The position numbers were made by a program, and so were the translations under genes. 64,000 nt of DNA from Pavona decussata (Eukaryota). Below, piece by piece: positions 52,558 to 60,688 of this stretch (position 1 is its first letter; each line of letters starts with the position of its first letter). The notes beneath the pieces were generated by a model. The model saw only the letters and a program-made list of their open reading frames with translations. It was not told the origin of the DNA and did not search any database. The stretch is taken from assembly GCA_977016875.1 (NCBI GenBank), contig CDRNST010000011.1:1798001-1862000 (forward strand), written 5' to 3'.

Positions 52558-52672
52558 CTTGGAAGTGTTTCTTGGGAGCAGTCAGTTGAAAGTGATGTGT
52601 GATGGTCAAAGTCACGGTCACTTTATACAGTTTTTAAAAACCGGTTCTTTCAAATATCACAAAACCAGTTTA

Positions 52673-53059
52673 CTACCTGTCAGTCTCATCAATGTCGTTA
52701 ACGATCAAGTCTAACCAGTACCAACAGGTTTTGCAAAACTGGTCACGTTGCAGAAGCACTTTCTCAATGTGTTTCCGCTCTTCATGTCGTTGTGTGTTAT
52801 CGATCCAGTCTTGTTCGTACGGCGCCACTGCATCCAACACATCTAATAAATCGTGCCACAACCAATAAACATCGCTGCGATATTTATCCAAAGCTGCTTC
52901 CTTCAAACATGACGTCACGTTTTGATGATCATGCAATGAAAGCGGTTCCTTTTTAAAAATGTCCTCATACACTAAGAACGCAAAACAGATCCAGTACGCT
53001 TCCTTTATTCTCTCCTCGTCACAAGAGTTGCTTTTATTGTCAACGATGTTTGGTGCCAT
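52673..53059 (-). CDS. Viral hypothetical protein (128 aa, acidic, Trp/Cys-rich)
   Basis: ORF with an upstream TATA box, co-oriented with the element genes. Confidence 0.7.
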   Translation of the reverse strand: MAPNIVDNKSNSCDEERIKEAYWICFAFLVYEDIFKKEPLSLHDHQNVTSCLKEAALDKYRSDVYWLWHDLLDVLDAVAPYEQDWIDNTQRHEERKHIEKVLLQRDQFCKTCWYWLDLIVNDIDETDR

Positions 53060-53136
53060 GATCTGGACTCAATAACCATAGTAAGCATGTCCTTCTGTTT
53101 TATATCTTTCCCTTTAGGTAAACAGGTTTTTCCAGT

Positions 53137-53667
53137 TTAGTACGGTTCCCATTGTGCATTGCTTCGTAATCTTGCGACCAAGGGTGTTCTTGCCTTATAA
53201 CGACGTTTTCCTGTTTTACGCCTAGAAGGTGGTGGTGTATCCATCATGAGTGCATGCGCTGATTCTTCAGTTGAAACGGAAGGCGGTGTTTCGGTTCGGA
53301 TGGGAATTTTTGACCCTTTAGTACTGAGAGGAGTACCCCTCAATGGTTTAGAGACTTTGGTAGATTTTGTCTCTGGTTTGGGGGTAGACTCCTTAGCAGG
53401 TAATGGCTCTGACTTTGGCATCACCACTGTTGGTTTCACTGTCGCTTCAGTTTTCATCTGTTTTGTCAACCCTTGATACCTTTGCAAAAGTTGATCCAAC
53501 AATAGCACTTTTTGATCTTCAGGTAAAGACGAGTCCATGATCTGTTTCATGTCTTGATCTAAACGTGTCAAAGTGGGAAGCTGAGCTGGTGCAGTCAACC
53601 GGTGTTCTGTTTCCATACTTTGCAATAAATGTTCAGGTACCATCACCATCTTTTGCGCGTGCTTCAT
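53137..53667 (-). CDS. Polinton hypothetical protein (MKHAQKMVMVP..., Pro/Ser/Thr/Lys-rich tail)
   Basis: 176-aa ORF with an ATGA overlap with the upstream gene. Confidence 0.75.
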   Translation of the reverse strand: MKHAQKMVMVPEHLLQSMETEHRLTAPAQLPTLTRLDQDMKQIMDSSLPEDQKVLLLDQLLQRYQGLTKQMKTEATVKPTVVMPKSEPLPAKESTPKPETKSTKVSKPLRGTPLSTKGSKIPIRTETPPSVSTEESAHALMMDTPPPSRRKTGKRRYKARTPLVARLRSNAQWEPY

Positions 53668-54128
53668 TTGAACACTTTTCCTAACAACTCGGTAGCAAGA
53701 GGAGCAATCAAACTAGCAAGGGCAGACAAGAATCCTCCCTTTTGATTCAACACTGCCTTTTTCCGCTTAAGACTTGGTTTCTTGCGAGTCAAAAAGAGGA
53801 GCTTTGACTTGTGTGGCTTCAACCGTTTAAATGATGAATTCGGTATTACCATGTTGCCTTTAAGGAGATTTAGAGCAATTTCACCAATGGCCTCCATTTG
53901 CCCTTTGTTCGCATGTGCTATCATGTCTTTCCGTTGTTTTCCATTACTCTTGAAACAAGTACAAAGAAAGGGTAAATGTTGTTGGACTCTTGACTGTTTG
54001 GATACTCTCACGCGATTTCTATTAACCCCTTTAGATCGGGTGGTGGTACCAGAGCGTAACGCCATACTGCCACCACGTTGATTTTTTCTTATCCCTTTTG
54101 TTGTGCGACGTGACCTGCAGGACGTCAT
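53664..54128 (-). CDS. Basic virion core protein, adenovirus pX-like
   Basis: Very Arg/Lys-rich; QRGG and QKGG-FLSALASLIAPLA resemble the protease site plus hydrophobic tail of pX. Confidence 0.7.
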   Translation of the reverse strand: MTSCRSRRTTKGIRKNQRGGSMALRSGTTTRSKGVNRNRVRVSKQSRVQQHLPFLCTCFKSNGKQRKDMIAHANKGQMEAIGEIALNLLKGNMVIPNSSFKRLKPHKSKLLFLTRKKPSLKRKKAVLNQKGGFLSALASLIAPLATELLGKVFK

Positions 54129-54132
54129 CACG

Positions 54133-54810
54133 TTAACTGAAATCCACCCGTAGTGGTTCCTCTGTTTTATGACATTTCTTGTCTACGTAAATCACGGGAT
54201 AAGAATGTGACGTTGGCAATATCCTTGTCCGTAACCGTTGAATATTTTGTGTACGAGGATGTAAGTCCAAGACAAGATAACCGAATGGGTGTGACGTCGC
54301 ATCTTGGAAGCTCTCCCATACGTAAGGTACATTTCCTGCGAATGCCTGCTGAGCCAATGTTCGAAAACCCAGCGTATCGCGAGGGTTGTTAAAAGCAATG
54401 ATGTAGTGGGCATTCAGAGAGATACTCCGCGAAAACTTTCCAGGTGGAAAAAGGTTCTGGGTCAAATAAATGCAGGTTACATCACAGTGATGAGACACCT
54501 TAGTAAACAGATCGAGAATACGTTCGTCATCGCTGCAATTTCGCATTAAGTCATCCAGTACGAGTATTCCAGGTCGGCAGTTTGCTGGAAATAAACTAGG
54601 AATATCTTCGGGAATACCCTCAACAAATGTCACTTGAGCTGTCATGTTCCTAAAACATTCTTGCCATTGTCCATAGCAATACACAATTTTACGAATAGGC
54701 CTTTCAAATAAAGAATCCGCTTGTTCAAGTAACTGTTTTGTAAACGTCGTCTTTCCACACTGACTTGGCCCTGCTATCATAATACTGCTTGGACATTTGA
54801 ATTGGGACAT
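54133..54810 (-). CDS. FtsK/A32-family DNA packaging ATPase
   Basis: Walker A GPSQCGKT, Walker B ILVLDD, YLTQNLF and ISLNAHY motifs; likely ATG at 54810 (ORF open from 54903). Confidence 0.95.
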   Translation of the reverse strand: MSQFKCPSSIMIAGPSQCGKTTFTKQLLEQADSLFERPIRKIVYCYGQWQECFRNMTAQVTFVEGIPEDIPSLFPANCRPGILVLDDLMRNCSDDERILDLFTKVSHHCDVTCIYLTQNLFPPGKFSRSISLNAHYIIAFNNPRDTLGFRTLAQQAFAGNVPYVWESFQDATSHPFGYLVLDLHPRTQNIQRLRTRILPTSHSYPVIYVDKKCHKTEEPLRVDFS

Positions 54811-54925
54811 CTTCTCGCAATGAAAAGCAGCAACGTTATGATAACTTGTTGATCGATGTTCCTTTTTAAAGTGATATATCAAAGACACGGACACATCATT
54901 CATTTTAACATCAACAAAACTTTAT

Positions 54926-55456
54926 TTATTGATTACACCAACATTTGAAAGATTTACAAGCTTGCTCCTCAAATTGTGAGACATTTTCATTCCTAACATT
55001 CGTTAACGACTGAATGTAGGTGTGTACAAATTGCGCTACTTGTGAATCGTTCCATTGTGTATCATATCGCAGAAATTTATTTTGAATAGTGTTTAAATCC
55101 ACATTTCGTGCACGATGAAGTAAGTAAAACAGGCAATAGTCTCCACACACATCTGAGGTTAAGCCTTGCATCGGTTTGTCATTGTAATATGTTGTTTCCC
55201 TCAGTACGTATCCATCCATACCATAGCTCTCAGGAGGAAATCCATAGCTGTCAAAGAATTCGCTTTCTTGAGGCGATACAAAGTACATCGCAATCCAATG
55301 CGTTCCAGGTTGATTATGAGGATCTGTATTTGCAATCATTGCTGAAGGATACGTTTCGACGATTGGTAACTTGTCACTTGGAAATACTCCTTTCATGATA
55401 GGTGCTAGGACAGGATCGTGTATTGAGGCTTGCCATAATTCTTGAGTTGTATGCAT
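54926..55456 (-). CDS. Adenain-like (clan CE) maturation cysteine protease
   Basis: NTDP...GTHWIAMY, EFFDSYG and MQ.....CGDYC give the catalytic H/D/Q/C residues. Confidence 0.95.
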   Translation of the reverse strand: MHTTQELWQASIHDPVLAPIMKGVFPSDKLPIVETYPSAMIANTDPHNQPGTHWIAMYFVSPQESEFFDSYGFPPESYGMDGYVLRETTYYNDKPMQGLTSDVCGDYCLFYLLHRARNVDLNTIQNKFLRYDTQWNDSQVAQFVHTYIQSLTNVRNENVSQFEEQACKSFKCWCNQ

Positions 55457-55458
55457 CT

Positions 55459-56787
55459 TCAAGCACCTTGAGACAGATCGTATACCACGCGTCTATTGCG
55501 GTCAACCTCCAAATGATTTTGGAATTCTGCGTATACGATTAAATTTAAAACCTCTGGTGTCGGCACTCCAAATTTCAGATACAAATTGACGTTACCGCTG
55601 CGATGGGGAATCAGGTGGTCCGGGTGGCCACTACCCGCAGGAGTGGTATCCAAGCGGAATAAGCCGTATCCACCTTCCCAATCCTCTCTGTCAATATCAA
55701 TACCATGGCCACAGTTCATATCGCCACTGCCTGAGAAGAGTGTATTGTACCCATCAATTCTCTTTCCACCTGTCAAATCTATCACTGAATAAGGGATTTC
55801 TTCACCATTGACCGTCAGTCGTACTGCATTCACGTCAAACAGCTGAAAATTGAAAGGATTTCTTGCCAAGCTACCATTGTAGGCATCATTTCGTACCATT
55901 CCAAATATGATGCATTGAGGAATAAGTCCGTTGAAAAGATCCGTCTCGGTATGATTCAGCACACCCCTGGGGATAATCCTCGCGTGTGTTGGCGTCCTTG
56001 TCAGCGTGTAGATAGCAGGTAGGGCTTTTTGTCCTGACCGTCCTTGCATGATACTAACATGCTCTAGTTTGGTACTGTCAGCTACGCGTACTGTGCGGAC
56101 TCTGAGAGTGCTTGACATTATGCTTATCTTGCAATCATTGGCCTCTTCTCCACTCATGAGAACAAATTCATCGCTGTTTAGATCAATCTTGATTTTGATT
56201 TCTATGTTGTCCAGCAGCAGCTTATTGGTGTTGAACAGATCACACAGGGGTACTCCAACCAATCCTACCTCAGCACCAGCATTGGTAAATACACCCCTCT
56301 TCTTGAGTCCCCAGTTATTGTCAGAAGTGTTATCTACTACATCCATATGTCCTGCTGTGTCTTTGTAGTACAATGCTTTGGTTAGGTAAGATTTCTTTGC
56401 CTGTTCAGTAAAATTAAGCAAGGTCTTGATGTAGGCATTGTACGCCTGCGTGTCAGACTGTTCTGTGACAAGTGTTTCGTTCAACTTGATGGTAAACTGT
56501 TTGATGAGCGAATGAAGCGCGTTGTTGATCAACGTATATTTCTTTCCACCTCCTGTATCCCCGCCATTTCGTTTGGTAATCTTCACCACCAATCGCAGTT
56601 CTGTTTTGTTGATGTCAATGTAATCAGATAGAGGCTTGATGACAAACTCGATAGGGTTGGTTCCACTTTGAACTGGTTCATAATCCACCCATTTACTTTT
56701 GAGAATGGAGACATCCGTGACCGGTACTTGAAATAACTGTAAGCTCGAATTTTCACCGGGGGCAGAGAGAGGGTGAGCTGAGGCCAT
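55459..56787 (-). CDS. Major capsid protein (double jelly-roll, hexon-like/PY)
   Basis: 442 aa, beta-rich; NNALHSLIKQ, LIPQCIIFGMV...NPFNFQ and IVYAEF motifs typical of Polinton MCPs; located between core and protease genes. Confidence 0.9.
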   Translation of the reverse strand: MASAHPLSAPGENSSLQLFQVPVTDVSILKSKWVDYEPVQSGTNPIEFVIKPLSDYIDINKTELRLVVKITKRNGGDTGGGKKYTLINNALHSLIKQFTIKLNETLVTEQSDTQAYNAYIKTLLNFTEQAKKSYLTKALYYKDTAGHMDVVDNTSDNNWGLKKRGVFTNAGAEVGLVGVPLCDLFNTNKLLLDNIEIKIKIDLNSDEFVLMSGEEANDCKISIMSSTLRVRTVRVADSTKLEHVSIMQGRSGQKALPAIYTLTRTPTHARIIPRGVLNHTETDLFNGLIPQCIIFGMVRNDAYNGSLARNPFNFQLFDVNAVRLTVNGEEIPYSVIDLTGGKRIDGYNTLFSGSGDMNCGHGIDIDREDWEGGYGLFRLDTTPAGSGHPDHLIPHRSGNVNLYLKFGVPTPEVLNLIVYAEFQNHLEVDRNRRVVYDLSQGA

Positions 56788-56789
56788 CT

Positions 56790-57248
56790 TTAGTCGAAAA
56801 TGGTCTTGAACTTTGAAGGTGATGTTCTCCGTTTCTTGGTCTGTCTTGAACTGGCAGGAGTCGCCTTTCGTTTGCGCTTAAGTAGTCTCCCCCCACGACC
56901 TTGTTGCGTAAGGTCCTGGAAAGCACCCGTCAGAAACTGTTTACCGGCAGTCTTTGCCCTCGCTTTCGCTGCTTTCTTTAAAGACTGACCATTGATGACA
57001 TCTTTTGCAATTTGCATTCCTGTATCCACTCCTGTATTGAGTAAACGTTTTCCTACTTTCTTGGCAGCTGTCTTGAGAAAGGGTGTGGCTGTACGGAAGA
57101 GGGAACGAAACATTCCTCCTAATCCATTACCTCCTTGACCATAAGGACGTGTCCCTCCAAAGACACTTATGTCTCCTTTCCCTCGTTGGAAAAAGGGGAT
57201 GACTTGTTGTTGGTAAGGGTAAAATTGATGATTCATAGGTAGAAACAT
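56790..57248 (-). CDS. Basic core or membrane-lytic protein (pVI/pX-like)
   Basis: QGGNG followed by the amphipathic helix LGGMFRSLFRTATPFLK; C-terminal NLS-like KRKRK...KKRR. Confidence 0.7.
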   Translation of the reverse strand: MFLPMNHQFYPYQQQVIPFFQRGKGDISVFGGTRPYGQGGNGLGGMFRSLFRTATPFLKTAAKKVGKRLLNTGVDTGMQIAKDVINGQSLKKAAKARAKTAGKQFLTGAFQDLTQQGRGGRLLKRKRKATPASSRQTKKRRTSPSKFKTIFD

Positions 57249-57249
57249 A

Positions 57250-58131
57250 TTAGAGAATTGCACGACGCCGAAAATGAAGTGTTACTCGTACAGTGCCAAA
57301 CGCAAATGGTACCAGATGGCCAGTGTCACTTCTTATATTGATCTCCACGGAAGAAAATACAGATGTACGGAGTCGATAATAAGTAGGAGTCTTTATTTCC
57401 TCTGCCACCATCTCCCCAGGTTGACCACGAGGTACTATGGTTCGAAGGATATTCGCTTGTACATCCCCCACTACAAGGGACTCTATTAGGTCAGAGTAGA
57501 TGTACATCGTCTGAAATGAATGTCTGCTTAACATACCCCAGACCAATTCATCGTCTCGTCGCACAGTGGTCGTAGTAGCGGTAAGTGTCACACTCTGATT
57601 CTTATTCAGTTGGACAACGGTGGGAAGACTGATCTGATAAAGAGCCGGTACCCGATCATGATGGTTCAAGTATCCTAATGCCCGAGCTAAATTCTTGGGC
57701 AACGTTACTTGAAATGTTGGAGGTAAATTGAATTCGTAGTAATGTTGAGCTTTGGAGTAAATGTAGAAGCAGTCACTTCCACCGATGCGCTTGATCCTTT
57801 TTCCACTTTTCAGATAAATATCTGGAAATGCACTCTGGAGTCCTGTCACCATACCTTTGACCAAGTCATCAACTGTTCGATAAATGCCACTTGGTAGATA
57901 GATGGGTAGGGTCCATGGTGAATCGCTGTTACAGCTTAACTGGTAAGACAGTTGCTGACTTTGCACATTTTTCCAAGTATGTGGGTAAATGATGTGTGTC
58001 ATTGCCACTTCCCAGTCTTCACTTAAGTGCTGCTGATTTAGAAGTTGCATCTTAAACTTGGCAGGTTTGTTTTCAGGGTACTGAGCTGTGCTTGCGTCAC
58101 TGGTTACAACGATGTAAAAACTGTTACTCAT
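57250..58131 (-). CDS. Minor capsid protein (penton-like), copy 2
   Basis: FYIVVTSD..YPEN..F, WEVAM..IIYP, MYIYSDLIE..VGD, VTLHFRRR. Confidence 0.88.
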   Translation of the reverse strand: MSNSFYIVVTSDASTAQYPENKPAKFKMQLLNQQHLSEDWEVAMTHIIYPHTWKNVQSQQLSYQLSCNSDSPWTLPIYLPSGIYRTVDDLVKGMVTGLQSAFPDIYLKSGKRIKRIGGSDCFYIYSKAQHYYEFNLPPTFQVTLPKNLARALGYLNHHDRVPALYQISLPTVVQLNKNQSVTLTATTTTVRRDDELVWGMLSRHSFQTMYIYSDLIESLVVGDVQANILRTIVPRGQPGEMVAEEIKTPTYYRLRTSVFSSVEINIRSDTGHLVPFAFGTVRVTLHFRRRAIL

Positions 58132-58982
58132 CTTGTACGCCGTCTAAAGTGAAGTGTCACGTTTACGATACCACCTTGGAATGAAAGCAGCTTTCCACAA
58201 CCACTTGTTAAGTAGATTTCAACGGTCTGAAATGTTTTGGTTCGTAAAGGAAAATAACTGATGTGCGTCGCTTCTTCCATTAACGTGTCGCGAAATCTAC
58301 CGTGTGGTACCATTTCATATAGCAAATGCAACTGTTTTTCACCCACTTGATGTGGCTCTATGAGATTGGTTTGCACTTGCACTACTCTGTGTGTGCAGTG
58401 ACATAAAGAAACGGTGAATGGTATTAAGAATGTCCCGGGAAATGTGAATGAGTAACGAAGCGGTAACGCGCACCATTCATAACCATAAGTAGGAATCTGT
58501 CCAAGGGTAGAATAGATCTTCAATGCAAACATGGTGCTTTCTCGGACTTTGTTTTCTTGGGTTATCCAACCAAGAGCTTGAGCCACAGGCTTGGCCACGA
58601 ACATCCATTCCTCTTGAGTTGTAAAGGTAATGTTCCATTCATCATCAACGGCAATGTGAAGGCTTTGTCTTTGCACGCATTGCAGTATGCCTTCTATCAC
58701 GTCCAGTGCTGAACGATATCTTCCCACAGGTAGAGTTATCCTCTTTACTTCTTGGGCACCAGATCGTCGGAGCATGAAATGTGGATGATTGCATTCATGG
58801 GGAACTTCAAACCACGAGAATGGGTAGATTACATTATGAAGTCCAACTTCCCAATCCTCTTCATCTTTTAACCGGATTTGTCGAGGTAACGCTACACGAT
58901 AGTATGACGTTGAGTTGGTTGGGAACAAATTCGTATTGGCATTGCTAGGAAGCATCACATAAAAATCATCATCTTGAATCAT
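58128..58982 (-). CDS. Minor capsid protein (penton-like), copy 1
   Basis: FYVMLPSN..FPTN..Y, WEVGL..VIYP, TNLIE..QVGE, VTLHFRRR. Confidence 0.85.
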   Translation of the reverse strand: MIQDDDFYVMLPSNANTNLFPTNSTSYYRVALPRQIRLKDEEDWEVGLHNVIYPFSWFEVPHECNHPHFMLRRSGAQEVKRITLPVGRYRSALDVIEGILQCVQRQSLHIAVDDEWNITFTTQEEWMFVAKPVAQALGWITQENKVRESTMFALKIYSTLGQIPTYGYEWCALPLRYSFTFPGTFLIPFTVSLCHCTHRVVQVQTNLIEPHQVGEKQLHLLYEMVPHGRFRDTLMEEATHISYFPLRTKTFQTVEIYLTSGCGKLLSFQGGIVNVTLHFRRRTR

Positions 58983-60106
58983 TTTTGCTGCAGAGAAACC
59001 AACTGTTTATATGGAATCCAACTGTCGTATTTCTCTGGCCAACCTTTCCAATGTACCAACACTTCTTTGTTGACGCCTTTTCCTCGACGTTTTAAAATTT
59101 TCTCAATGCGAAACAGATGATCTGAACTTTCTGTCACTTTCTGTAACTCAGCCTCGTAAAATGTTCCTCTAATCAGCTCACCGTCTGCCTCCTTCAAACG
59201 ATACACGGGTGGGTTTCGTGGCAGTCTCTGGGCGACCGTAAATGATTCCTCTGTCCAAGAAGGAAGATATCCTTTCTGAAAGACACGTTTGTACTTACCG
59301 ATCTTGACTTGGTCTCCCACCTTGAATTTATATTTTATGATCGAGGCCTGTTTACCATACAAGGTTCTCCATACGTCTTGAGCATTAAAAACTGTCACTT
59401 CTGCAGGTTTCATTTTTATACTACGATGTATGCTCTGATTGTAGTTCTCATTCACCAAATTGTCTAACTTGTCCAGGTAATGATATGAGCTGCTCATAGT
59501 AAATAACCGCCATAGAAGATGTTTCAAGGTCCTGTTGAATCGTTCAACTACTTGCGCCTTCGTCTCGTTGTATGTGACAAAATGACGAACATCATGATTC
59601 TTGAGAAATGTTTGAAAGCTACGGTTCATGAATTCCGTCCCTGCATCTGTCTGCAACCTTTCCGGTTTACGTCCTTTCTTAAATATGCTTGTAAAGGCCG
59701 CTACCAAAGCCGAAGCAGACTTAGATTTCAATGGCACCACCCATGCATACTTGGATAGGACATCAATGCAAGTTAACAAGTATTTGTGACCGCGATTCCA
59801 CCGACTCAAATTCTGAAGATCTGCCAGATCCGCTTGCCACTGTTCATCCAAACCGTTGACAAATACTCTATTGCGACGAAAGCGTTTTCTTGCTGGTTTG
59901 TGGAGAGTGTAGCCAGGTTGTTGCTGTAACCACTGAACAACTTGCAAGCGGGTTAGTCCATACTGACGTGCGGCTCGATACAACTTTTGTACACCACCTA
60001 ATGCGGATGAGCGATCAAATTCATAATACAGTTTCTCTAGTAAACGATTCGTGTGAATGGTGGTATTCTTCTTCTTCGTTCCCCTCTTCGTGTTCTTCTG
60101 TCGCAT
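58979..60106 (-). CDS. Retroviral-type DDE integrase with C-terminal chromodomain
   Basis: WQADLAD, LQTDAGTEF and VERFNRTLK catalytic motifs; IEKILKRR...VLVHWKGWPEKYDSWIP chromodomain. Confidence 0.97.
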   Translation of the reverse strand: MRQKNTKRGTKKKNTTIHTNRLLEKLYYEFDRSSALGGVQKLYRAARQYGLTRLQVVQWLQQQPGYTLHKPARKRFRRNRVFVNGLDEQWQADLADLQNLSRWNRGHKYLLTCIDVLSKYAWVVPLKSKSASALVAAFTSIFKKGRKPERLQTDAGTEFMNRSFQTFLKNHDVRHFVTYNETKAQVVERFNRTLKHLLWRLFTMSSSYHYLDKLDNLVNENYNQSIHRSIKMKPAEVTVFNAQDVWRTLYGKQASIIKYKFKVGDQVKIGKYKRVFQKGYLPSWTEESFTVAQRLPRNPPVYRLKEADGELIRGTFYEAELQKVTESSDHLFRIEKILKRRGKGVNKEVLVHWKGWPEKYDSWIPYKQLVSLQQK

Positions 60107-60175
60107 CTCTTAAATCGATGTGTACTTGACCACCGCAACATGCAACTAAACAGCGCATCCTCTGACATATATCAT

Positions 60176-60577
60176 TTAAAGCCAGGGTAGGAGTTGAACT
60201 TGCACAAAGACGACTTGTAGCACTGCCCATGGTTGTCTTACGAATGACCAATGTAACTTGTTAAGTACGCCTTTTATCCTTTTCCATAACATTAGCCAAG
60301 GAGCCTTTATTATTTGTCGAATCATCCACCAGGGAGTAGGATAATGCGATGAATATGTGTCACATAACATTAGATGAAATGCATATTGTTCTCTCAGAGG
60401 TGCGTTGCTTCGAGCCATATAAGCATAAAAGCCCAGCAGCCTACCCCAGTGCATGGCTCCTATTTCTTTCAAAACATCCAACCAATGGTGAGAGGAAACG
60501 ATTGGCAAAGAGGTACGATGTACAAGTGTTTGAGCGCAGCCACGCACCAGGAAAAAATACAGTCTGTTCATGTTCAC
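60176..60577 (-). CDS. Putative viral Bcl-2-like protein
   Basis: VLKEIGAMHWGRLLGFYAY resembles BH1 (NWGRIVAFF); hydrophobic/amphipathic C-terminus; TATAA ~45 bp upstream. Confidence 0.5.
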   Translation of the reverse strand: MNMNRLYFFLVRGCAQTLVHRTSLPIVSSHHWLDVLKEIGAMHWGRLLGFYAYMARSNAPLREQYAFHLMLCDTYSSHYPTPWWMIRQIIKAPWLMLWKRIKGVLNKLHWSFVRQPWAVLQVVFVQVQLLPWL

Positions 60578-60688
60578 TGTTCAATGTGTAATGAGTTGTA
60601 GATGGCCTCCAAACCTCCCCTTATAGCCATCCCTATCCTCCACAGCGTCACCATTTCAGATTGCAGGCTCCAGTATGGAACGGTAAAG

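Noticed and set aside
53015-53035. LxCxE Rb-binding motif (NSCDE) in the 128-aa ORF
   Set aside because: The required Leu is missing
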